From: Ostreococcus lucimarinus
Lineage: Eukaryota
Assembly (NCBI GenBank): GCA_000092065.1
Contig: CP000591.1
Length of the DNA stretch: 64,000 nucleotides
Reading direction: 5' to 3' (one strand)
Part shown: piece by piece, positions 19,492 to 28,578 of the stretch
How positions within the stretch are numbered: the stretch's first letter is position 1
Layout of the letters: each line of letters begins with the position of its first letter
Notes under the pieces: model-generated
Database searches by the model: none
Told to the model about the DNA's origin: nothing
Seen by the model: the letters and a program-made list of their open reading frames with translations, nothing else
Translations under genes and position numbers: made by a program

Positions 19492-19551
<60 letters not shown>

Positions 19552-22133
19552 CGGTGGCGCTCACGGGCTCGGCGGCGATGCTGGCGAAGATGCGGAAGAG
19601 CAGCGCGTTGACTGGAGAAAAACGCGCGACCGCGGCGCAGGGTGCGAGCACGAGCGCGAAGGATGGTGTGGATGAGACGGCGACGAACGCGAAAGCGACC
19701 CGAACGTTTATATTGCACGGCGGCGAAGCGGCGTCGCAAATCGCGAAGGATTTGGCCGCGCAGGCGGAGAAAGAGCACGGAATTGCGTTGAATGTGATGA
19801 CAATGGATGATTTCAGAGACGTAGAGTTCGATAAAGAACCCTGCGCGGTGGTTTTCGTGGTCGAGACGGTAGAGAACGCGCAGCCGGCGGAAGCTGCGGG
19901 ATCTTGCGTGCGCTTCTTCAATCGGAAACGTAAGGAAGGGACGAATCAGGCTATGCTGGCGGGGAAGATGTCATACGCGGTTTTAGGACTCGGTGATACA
20001 AACTTGTTACTCGATCGCCAGACGACGACGGCGAAAGATTGTAACCAGGCTGCGCAGACGTTGGATTCGGCGCTCGCCGCTCTCGGCGGCGCTCGAATCG
20101 TCCCCCGCGGCGAGGCAAACGACGCCGTGGGTTTGGACGAAGACGTTGTACCGTGGGCCAAGTTGCTTTTCCCAAAATTGTCTGAAGTTCACAAAGGGAT
20201 TGAGGCGAAAAAAAACGCAAAGCTATGCTTCTTGTACGGCTCGCAGACCGGTAACGCGACGGAAATTTGCAAAAATCTCGCCGCCGAGGCGAGCGAGAAG
20301 GGGTACCCCGTGGAGGTGTGCGCGATGAATGAGGTCGAGCCAGAAGATGTCATCAAACCTGGCGCTGTGATTACGTTCGTCGTATCCAGCACCGGCGACG
20401 GTGACGCTCCGGATAACTGCGACACATTCTTCACTCGCCTCAAGCGCAAGGCAAAGAAGGAAAAAGGCGAGGGCGCCATCGGCGTCCAGTACGCCGTCCT
20501 AGGACTGGGTGATCAAAACTACAGCGCGTTCATGGCTGTGCCGCGTCAGTTCTCGCAAACGATGGAGAACTTGGGCGCGAAGTGTTTCGCTAAGCGCGGT
20601 GAATGCGACGACACACTTGGTTTGTACGAACAAGTTGACGCATGGACGAGCACGTTTTGGTCTCATCTCGAAGTCGCTCGAGGAAACTCACACAAGTTGC
20701 GCGAGGGTGAGACAATCGTGGAAGACGCTAATGCCGCCACTGAAGCTCCAAAAGGCGATTCGAAGCCACCGCAAGCGGCTGCGCCGGCGAAGAAAGTCGA
20801 AGGCGTGCCACCACTACCAATCTGCCGATCTGAAGTGCAGTGGCTGCCGAAAACGACAGAAGTGGTTGCTAATCGCGTCGCGCCCGGTCCAGATTCCGAA
20901 GGTGCATACACCGTCTCCTCGCCGTACATGGCGACTATTCACAAGCGTGAGGTACTCACAAACTTGAAATCCGATCGGCGAGTGTTGCACATGGAGTTTG
21001 ATCTCGGATCAAGTGGGATCTCTTACAAGCCGGGAGATTCCATTGGCATCGTACCGCAGAACGACGCCGAGCTGGTTCGAGCCATCGTCGATCGGCTGGG
21101 TCTCGATCAAGCCGCCATTTTCACGCTGAATTGGAAGAAAGGTGACACGAATGAACACGCGACTCATCCGTTGCCGCATATTCACACCCCGTGCACGGTA
21201 AAGAGTGTGTTCACGAATTATATCGACATCACGGGATGTCCGCGTAAGTCGCTCCTTCGCGTTCTCGCCGAACACTGCGGCAACGCGGAGGAAAAAGACG
21301 CCCTCTTGCACCTTTCATCGCGTGGTGGTCGAGCAGAATACGAAACACAGATTCGCGCGCAGTCACCGACGCTATTGACGCTCTTGAACAATTATCCGAG
21401 TTGTTGTCCTCCGTTAGCCGAGCTTTTAGATGCCCTCTCTCCGCTCGCGCCGAGACTGTATTCGATCACATGCGCGCCCGAGGTGGCACCAACAACGCCG
21501 TCGGTTGCCTTCAGTGTCGTGCGGTTCCAGGTACCCAGCGGTGAACATCGCCTCGGCGTCGCCACGAACTGGCTCGACGAGATATCGGTCGACGACAAGT
21601 GCGAGCACAAAGTCCCGGTGTACATCAAGCCAAGCTTGAAGTTCGGCCTGCCCGAAGACTCGAGCGCGCCGCTAGTGATGATTGGTCCGGGTACCGGCGT
21701 CGCACCATTCCGCGGTTTCCTCCAGTCCAGACGCGCTAAAGCACAAAAAGGCGGTCGATTATCTGAAGCTATGTTGTTCTTCGGCTGTCGCAAGGCAGAT
21801 GAGGACTTCCTGTACGAAGCCGACTGGAAGAGTTTCACCGCCGATGGCTCGCTGACAAAGCTCGTCTGCGCCTTTAGCCGCGAGACCGCAGAAAAGGTAT
21901 ACGTGCAGCACAAAATTGAAGAGCACGCCACCGAAGTCGCGCGCTTAATCTCTGAGGGCGCTTACGTCATGGTATGCGGCGACGGCGCGCACATGGCCAA
22001 GGATGTCCACGCCGCCCTCGTCCGCGTCGTCGCTCAAGCCGGCGTCTGCGGCGTCTCTGACGTCAAAGCCGCCGAGGCTCTCCTCGCCGACTTCACTAAA
22101 TCCGGTCGTTACGTCCGTGATATTTGGAGCTAA
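19248..22133 (+). CDS. Membrane-anchored diflavin reductase (NADPH-cytochrome P450 reductase / methionine synthase reductase family) with two tandem flavodoxin-like modules
   Basis: Track ORF 19011 starts at GTG; the first ATG is at 19248 (MTSASMVSTLAAR). TM VALAVVAIAIALALFPLLAPLALGGFVV, poly-Thr16, a degenerate flavodoxin-like module (TFILHGGEAASQIA...YAVLGLGDTN), a canonical FMN module (LCFLYGSQTGNATE...YAVLGLGDQNY), FAD/NADPH domains (RLYSITC, GPGTGVAPFRGF, VMVCGDGAHMAKDV), and the C-terminus GRYVRDIWS. Confidence 0.88.
19503..19550 (+). repeat. (ACG)16 microsatellite encoding poly-Thr inside the reductase CDS
   Basis: An uninterrupted acg run, in frame with the CDS, translated as T16. 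Confidence 0.95.
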
Positions 22134-22356
22134 CGCACGCGCGTTCGTATTGTTTAGATTTTAATTTCTCATTTCATTTCATTTCATTCCACTCCACTCT
22201 CGTTCCGTTTCACCAAACTCCTGCGGGCGAGTTGGGTGTTACGCGTACACGCGCGCCCCTCAGACCCGCGCGCGCTTCGCCGCGGGCTAAAATGCGCCGT
22301 CGTGATCGAGGAAACGACCCTCCGATGGTGTCGTCGACGTTCGTCGTCGTCCTCGT
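20619..22356 (+). repeat. Segmental duplication, copy 1 (1,738 bp)
   Basis: Matches 27064-28801 at a constant offset of +6445 with no indel that I could find. It covers the last 1,515 bp of the reductase CDS, the 158-bp spacer and the first 22 codons of the GH1 gene. Confidence 0.95.
22292..22356 (+). pseudogene. 5' ghost of the GH1 beta-glucosidase gene (first 22 codons only)
   Basis: MRRRDRGNDPPMVSSTFVVVLV is identical to 28737-28801. After 22356 the sequence diverges (ASKFRAC, then stop). Confidence 0.85.
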
Positions 22357-22381
22357 AGCAAGCAAGTTTAGAGCTTGCTAA

Positions 22382-22498
22382 CTTTTGACTGTAGAGGAAC
22401 ACGCCAAGTTCGTCGATGGACTTACGAAGCTGGGCAAAGGCAACTGGCGTGGGATCATTCAACACTTCGTTCAGTCTCGAACGCCGACGCAGGTCTAA
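22382..22498 (+). pseudogene. Isolated fragment of a SHAQKYF-class (DIV/RAD-like) MYB/SANT domain
   Basis: My translation in a frame the track does not report: [38 protein letters not shown]-stop. This corresponds to the WTxEEHxxFLxGLxKxGKGxWRxIxxxFVxxRTPTQVASHAQKYF pattern truncated before SHAQKYF. There is no ATG, and a stop lies immediately upstream (22379-81). Confidence 0.6.
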
Positions 22499-22522
22499 TC
22501 ACACGCGATAGATCGGTCGAAC

Positions 22523-23386
22523 TTAAGTCTGGGGCATTTCAATCTCTCGGTCCAAAGCTTCCGCGCCCAACGCCGAATATCTACATCGTGAGCGTCGTGC
22601 ACGTGTTGAAACTGCCCACACTGACACCATGGTAGTCGCCAACAAGCCCAGCGTTACGTAGACAAGTGTCAAACAACTGAAGTAACTGTTTTGAGGCGAA
22701 CGCTCTGAGGCGAAACATAGAGCGCCGTGCAAATCTTCATCAGGTTCGAGCGTGATGTTACGTTGAAGAACGAATACGTATCGCTTGAAGGGCATTGATG
22801 CGCCACCTGAAGCTGTGATATGAAATTCCACCGTCTCAATCGAAGCAGATTTCTCAGGTGCGCACCAAATTAAGTTGTGGACGGTGGCTTTGCGCGTCGT
22901 GTACATGCGTCGACCAGAGCAGGCGGTGGCCGGCCTGTTCACGTTCCCATTCAAAAGCACGCCTTGATCGTGAAAGGATCCCGCAGAAGCGGTGATCAGC
23001 ATCATCGAATTCGGGTCTTCGTGCGATGCCGCGAGACCCAAGCGGCAGCCATCGCAATATTCTCGTTTACCGGGAGGGAACGTCCACGCAGCGGGGATCT
23101 GCCTCGTGGGTTCATTTTCGTCGTACTGCGCATCCTCAACATCAGTGTGGTTTGCCCAACTCAGCAGCACACTCGTGTTTGTGGCATCTATCGGTGCTCC
23201 GTGACCAGCAGCACGACGTGTGGGGTGTACGCGAGCCATCCCACCTTCGCAACGCGCGTCGAGGCGCAGTTCGGTCGGATACGACTCCACCAAAACCAGT
23301 CGCCAATCGAAGATTGCCACGGCGACGGCGGCGCATAGGCGCGCCGGATGCCGCAGACACATGTCGCCGCGTCGACATCGGTTCAT
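22523..23386 (-). CDS. Type I membrane protein with a possible Reeler/DOMON-like beta-sandwich ectodomain
   Basis: ATG at 23386, signal-like ARLCAAVAVAIF, and C-terminal TM CLTLVYVTLGLLATTMVSVWAV. The ectodomain pattern C-x2-M-x-V-H...HG...ITASAGSF...C...VHNLIWCAPEKS..VEFHITASGG resembles my memory of the Reeler-domain pattern. The family call is low confidence. Confidence 0.6.
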   Translation of the reverse strand: MNRCRRGDMCLRHPARLCAAVAVAIFDWRLVLVESYPTELRLDARCEGGMARVHPTRRAAGHGAPIDATNTSVLLSWANHTDVEDAQYDENEPTRQIPAAWTFPPGKREYCDGCRLGLAASHEDPNSMMLITASAGSFHDQGVLLNGNVNRPATACSGRRMYTTRKATVHNLIWCAPEKSASIETVEFHITASGGASMPFKRYVFVLQRNITLEPDEDLHGALCFASERSPQNSYFSCLTLVYVTLGLLATTMVSVWAVSTRARRSRCRYSALGAEALDREIEMPQT

Positions 23387-23455
23387 AGGGTTGTAGCGCC
23401 CGTCCTGGTCCTAGCCCGTCATGTAGCGTTGACGCGCGTGTTCTGCCCCACCCAA

Positions 23456-23483
23456 GTCGTCTGTCGTCTGTCGTCTGTCGTCT
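23456..23483. repeat. (GTCGTCT)4 heptanucleotide repeat in the divergent promoter of the insert genes
   Basis: gtcgtct x4, then the degenerate unit gttgtcg. Confidence 0.9.
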
Positions 23484-24042
23484 GTTGTCGGGGGGTGTCC
23501 GTTCGCGACGGACAACATACCAGCAAAGCTATGACTCAAAGGCTTTGTTCGGTCACGCGCGCGCACGCTCGCACGACTGAGCGCCGTCGACTCCTGATTC
23601 CACACGTTCAGCGTCGTCGGAATCATACGGGAAACCCGGCAGAGAAGCGCGGGGAAGTACGCATCGCGTTCGCGCGACACTGTCCGACGTAAAACGCGTA
23701 TAATGAGACATTTTCCAATCAAGTTTTGTAAGAAGGTTGAAATATACTTAGTAAATAATTATGCGAGGCCCAATAGTTCTTTTAAATTATCTAATACGAC
23801 GTGCGACCGACCAAATCCGACTAATGCACGCGGCAAGTATGGAGGAGATATTTACATGGAGGATTATCCACTAGATATTTTTTGGATATTTACTCCGCAT
23901 CGAACGAGTTACGACTCAACAATAGAGGGACCGTTGCGCGTGGCCGGCACGTGCCGGCCACGCGCCGCCACGTGCGCGAGGTCCCTACGCCCGTCTCTCC
24001 GCAAGCATCACACGACGACGCGAGGAATTCTACGCGAAGAAG

Positions 24043-25713
24043 ATGCAAATCGAACGAAGGAAACGAAATGCGCGAGCGCTCTGCGCACTTGTTGTTTCTG
24101 CGACGCTTGCGAACACCGCGAGCGCGCAATTAACATACATCGCAGGATACGAGCCACGCTCCAACGTCGTCCAACATTCCCAAGTCGACTTGGACATAAG
24201 GGATATCATTAGTTCTTTCCCGAAGTGGAAGGGTGGAGACAGCATTTACAATGGCGGACTTCTGAACGACTGCACCACAGTGGCAGGCGCGTGCAACTGG
24301 AATGGGACCAGTAGTCTATACCCAACATTGTGGGACGGCACTTGTACGCACACCTGCCCTGCTGCTGACTCGGCAAATCCGGGCCAAAAGTGCACTTTAA
24401 GCGCGGCGGATGCATGTTTGTCCACTTACGGTATTTATAAGTATGGTAAGGGATCGTTCAAGGGGAACAACAAGGATGACGCGGCGTCGATGCGGACGCT
24501 TCGCGGGTTTGCAACGAAACTTGGTGATAAGGGTGCCTCAGCGCGTGTTGCCGCGAAAAACAACCCGTTTATCAACAAAATGAATAAATACTGGGCGAAA
24601 CAGGGGCTGAATGAATTGACTTGGGGTCAAGATATCATCGAAGCTGCTTTCAAAGGTACTTGTGTCAAGAACGGTAACTCGTGTGTAAAATCAGGGGGAG
24701 TAAATCTTCTCGATTTTGGCACGGTCGGAAACGACTTCAGGGTGGAAGTGATAAAGAAAGGTATTATTTACTTGAACATCTTTCCTTACGTCATTTGGGA
24801 ATTTCAAGACGCTATCAACGACTGCCATGGTGGTGACTTGGGCGCGAACGATGAAATTCCCGGAGGAGGTTCAGTACACGCTTGGGATGAAGCCGTAGCC
24901 TTTTACACTGGTTCGCTCGAGGGCATCTTAAAAGGCGGTAACAATGGCCTCGCCTCATGCGATGACGGTAATTGTGAGTTGCAATTTCAACTGTCAGATT
25001 ATCGCTGCACGAACTTCGGTACCTGCACCGCCGATGCTGATGGTGACCCGTGGAGTGGATACTCAAAAAATAATGAAGAGATCTTCAAACTCTTTCAACA
25101 AGGTGAAGGTGAAATTACTGAAGCCGCTGCAAGCTCCAATACTGCGGCGACGAAATGTGACTTGCCGGATCGCACCCACGAAAAGGCTGTTACGAAAATG
25201 CTTGTTCCTTTCGTGCAAGGATGCATGAGGTACTTGTGGAAGACAAAAGATTCGCAGAAAGCTAAGGAAGCAGGCGAGCTCTTTGCGTTTGCATCCGCTG
25301 CACTTCCTTTTATCGATGCGGTAGACCCTGTCGCCGCTACTAAGTTGTTCACACGTGCGTGGAAACTAGATTTCACTACTTACACGTATGAAGAAACTAA
25401 GCAGGGCATCGAAGGCACCCTTTCGAGACTCGGTGCTGGTGAGGGCATTGGTACAATATCTTGCGCTGACATTGGCGACCTCGTTGACAGCAGTGATCAA
25501 CTGCTCGCTGCTGGCTGCACGGATCCCTCATCTCCCTCATCTTCCAATAATGACACCACTCTCGGGCTGGGTATTGGGATTCCACTGGGTGCCATCGCAA
25601 TCACCGCGTTGGTATTTGTCGTGCTTTTGTGGCGAAAGAGCTCAGCAAACAGCAAGCGAGTCGAAGAGTTAACCATGCAGCTGAGAGGTCCTGGTAAGGA
25701 CTTCTATCCGTGA
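24043..25713 (+). CDS. Secreted, C-terminally anchored Cys-rich protein; candidate FEA1/ISIP2a (phytotransferrin)-family iron-uptake protein
   Basis: ATG at 24043, signal peptide ALCALVVSATLANTASAQ, a Cys-rich ectodomain of about 480 aa containing GGSVHAWDEAVAFYTGSLEG, a Ser/Pro linker, TM LGIGIPLGAIAITALVFVVLLW and a short basic tail. The architecture matches phytotransferrin-type proteins. The family call is from memory and needs an HMM search. Confidence 0.6.
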   Translation: MQIERRKRNARALCALVVSATLANTASAQLTYIAGYEPRSNVVQHSQVDLDIRDIISSFPKWKGGDSIYNGGLLNDCTTVAGACNWNGTSSLYPTLWDGTCTHTCPAADSANPGQKCTLSAADACLSTYGIYKYGKGSFKGNNKDDAASMRTLRGFATKLGDKGASARVAAKNNPFINKMNKYWAKQGLNELTWGQDIIEAAFKGTCVKNGNSCVKSGGVNLLDFGTVGNDFRVEVIKKGIIYLNIFPYVIWEFQDAINDCHGGDLGANDEIPGGGSVHAWDEAVAFYTGSLEGILKGGNNGLASCDDGNCELQFQLSDYRCTNFGTCTADADGDPWSGYSKNNEEIFKLFQQGEGEITEAAASSNTAATKCDLPDRTHEKAVTKMLVPFVQGCMRYLWKTKDSQKAKEAGELFAFASAALPFIDAVDPVAATKLFTRAWKLDFTTYTYEETKQGIEGTLSRLGAGEGIGTISCADIGDLVDSSDQLLAAGCTDPSSPSSSNNDTTLGLGIGIPLGAIAITALVFVVLLWRKSSANSKRVEELTMQLRGPGKDFYP

Positions 25714-26896
25714 GAGGTCCTGGTAAGGACTTGAGTCTTCTCTATGAGGTGCTGCTCCGATAGGCTACTACATTGAGCCCAGCACATTGAGCCCAAGAGC
25801 GAAGAGCTCGTTTAATTTAATGCACATACTACTTGAAATACCGTCTCACCATTTGCCGCCGTTTGCCGCCGCCGCGTTGATCGAGCATGACTTGGACGTG
25901 TTACCGAACGAAACGTAACGAGCCAGGTGGCGTTCGTAGGGTATTGAAATGCAGAAATTTGTATCCGTGAGTCGCAGCTAACTTTGAGCGCGACACGACG
26001 CGAGGTGCGCGCGAAGGCAAAAAGTTACATATTTTACCGTTTTTTTTCGAAATCACGTGTAGTGCATTATGGTACCACCTAAAACATGGTGGCTAATACA
26101 CACAGCACCACACTATAGATAAACACGACATATAATATGTACAGAACTACATTGAGCGGCTTGCCAAGCGTGGCCCACAGAAAGTTCTGGTTCGAGTCGC
26201 GCGTTTGTTGCGCGCAGCAGCTTTCCTTGCACTGCGAGCTCGAGTTTTCGCACGCTGGCTCAGTACTCTCTGTTCGTAAGGCGCGCGTGAAGGCTCTAAT
26301 CGAACGGAACTCCAGACGCGCGGCGTGTGGCATCGTTCGTCGCGCGCCGTAGGGCCACACACGTGCACTCCTCGCAGCAGAGACTACGCGTCTCCGCTCA
26401 CGTTCAGAGAACGAAGGGCGTGCGACGCAGTCTCGTCGGCACTGGAGCATTCTGAGGGCGCGCGCGAGGGTGACACTTGCTTACGCTGATGTTCTCGGCG
26501 GAGGTCCCGCGTACAGAGCGTCGCCGCGACGGCAAGTGACATGCAGCCACTCGAAGTCGTGCGACGAGCGGCGACGACGCGGTTGTAACGCACACGCGCC
26601 GGCCCCGGGCACGAGACGAAACCGAAAAGACGGTTCGTAGAAAAACGCGCGTGTTTGGCACGCGCCCGGTGAAACGTGAGCGAAAAACCGAAAAGTATAC
26701 CTATAGGGTGTAGCGCTTCGATGTATGATGCAAATGGAATTACGGTACTTTATACGAATGCCCCTAACGACGAGACGATACCGATTGGGTAAAGTTCTGG
26801 CGACCCGCCGCTACGCCCAACACAAATTGGTCCCACAGATGCATTCCCCAAAGTGAGGGACTGGAATCAAAGGCGGGCAAGAAAACCGCCGCATGG

Positions 26897-27065
26897 CTCG
26901 CACCCCGTGCACTGCCAGCGTCGCCCGAGGCCACGCTCCGCGTGAAAGTCGGCGCATCGCGTGCGAGCGCTGCCGCATAACTCACACCCCGTGTGCCGCC
27001 ATTATCGTCGCCTGAGGCCACGCCCCGCGAGAAAGTCGGCGGATCGCGTGCGAGTGCCGTCGCGG
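26897..27065. repeat. Imperfect 84-bp tandem repeat x2 abutting the right breakpoint of the insert
   Basis: 26897-26980 and 26981-27065 are about 80% similar by eye (ctcRcaccccgtg...gtcgccYgaggccacgcYccgcgWgaaagtcggcgSatcgcgtgcgag...). Confidence 0.75.
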
Positions 27066-28578
27066 TTTGTACGAACAAGTTGACGCATGGACGAGCACGT
27101 TTTGGTCTCATCTCGAAGTCGCTCGAGGAAACTCACACAAGTTGCGCGAGGGTGAGACAATTGTGGAAGACGCTAATGCCGCCACTGAAGCTCCAAAAGG
27201 CGATTCGAAGCCACCGCAAGCGGCTGCGCCGGCGAAGAAAGTCGAAGGCGTGCCACCACTACCAATCTGCCGATCTGAAGTGCAGTGGCTGCCGAAAACG
27301 ACAGAAGTGGTTGCTAATCGCGTCGCGCCCGGTCCAGATTCCGAAGGTGCATACACCGTCTCCTCGCCGTACATGGCGACTATTCACAAGCGTGAGGTAC
27401 TCACAAACTTGAAATCCGATCGGCGAGTGTTGCACATGGAGTTTGATCTCGGATCAAGTGGGATCTCTTACAAGCCGGGAGATTCCATTGGCATCGTACC
27501 GCAGAACGACGCCGAGCTGGTTCGAGCCATCGTCGATCGGCTGGGTCTCGATCAAGCCGCCATTTTCACGCTGAATTGGAAGAAAGGTGACACGAATGAA
27601 CACGCGACTCATCCGTTGCCGCATATTCACACCCCGTGCACGGTAAAGAGTGTGTTCACGAATTATATCGACATCACGGGATGTCCGCGTAAGTCGCTCC
27701 TTCGCGTTCTCGCCGAACACTGCGGCAACGCGGAGGAAAAAGACGCCCTCTTGCACCTTTCATCGCGTGGTGGTCGAGCAGAATACGAAACACAGATTCG
27801 CGCGCAGTCACCGACGCTATTGACGCTCTTGAACAATTATCCGAGTTGTTGTCCTCCGTTAGCCGAGCTTTTAGATGCCCTCTCTCCGCTCGCGCCGAGA
27901 CTGTATTCGATCACATGCGCGCCCGAGGTGGCACCAACAACGCCGTCGGTTGCCTTCAGTGTCGTGCGGTTCCAGGTACCCAGCGGTGAACATCGCCTCG
28001 GCGTCGCCACGAACTGGCTCGACGAGATATCGGTCGACGACAAGTGCGAGCACAAAGTCCCGGTGTACATCAAGCCAAGCTTGAAGTTCGGCCTGCCCGA
28101 AGACTCGAGCGCGCCGCTAGTGATGATTGGTCCGGGTACCGGCGTCGCACCATGCCGCGGTTTCCTCCAGTCCAGACGCGCTAAAGCACAAAAAGGCGGT
28201 CGATTATCTGAAGCTATGTTGTTCTTCGGCTGTCGCAAGGCAGATGAGGACTTCCTGTACGAAGCCGACTGGAAGAGTTTCACCGCCGATGGCTCGCTGA
28301 CAAAGCTCGTCTGCGCCTTTAGCCGCGAGACCGCAGAAAAGGTATACGTGCAGCACAAAATTGAAGAGCACGCCACCGAAGTCGCGCGCTTAATCTCTGA
28401 GGGCGCTTACGTCATGGTATGCGGCGACGGCGCGCACATGGCCAAGGATGTCCACGCCGCCCTCGTCCGCGTCGTCGCTCAAGCCGGCGTCTGCGGCGTC
28501 TCTGACGTCAAAGCCGCCGAGGCTCTCCTCGCCGACTTCACTAAATCCGGTCGTTACGTCCGTGATATTTGGAGCTAA
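27064..28578 (+). pseudogene. 3' ghost of the diflavin reductase gene (FAD/NADPH half only, no flavodoxin module, no in-frame ATG at its 5' end)
   Basis: Track ORF 27067-28578 starts at TTG. An in-frame stop lies at 27013-15 and the first ATG codon is only at PYMATIHK. It carries GVAPCRGF where the full gene has the conserved GVAPFRGF. Confidence 0.7.

Noticed and set aside
25682-25732. A 22-bp direct repeat (tgagaggtcctggtaaggactt x2, period 29) around the FEA1-like stop codon, each copy containing GGTAAG, considered as alternative splice donors extending the CDS.
   Set aside because: The donor does not match the GTGCGT form used by the two supported introns. There is no downstream acceptor or coding continuation, and the protein already ends with a normal TM plus short tail.
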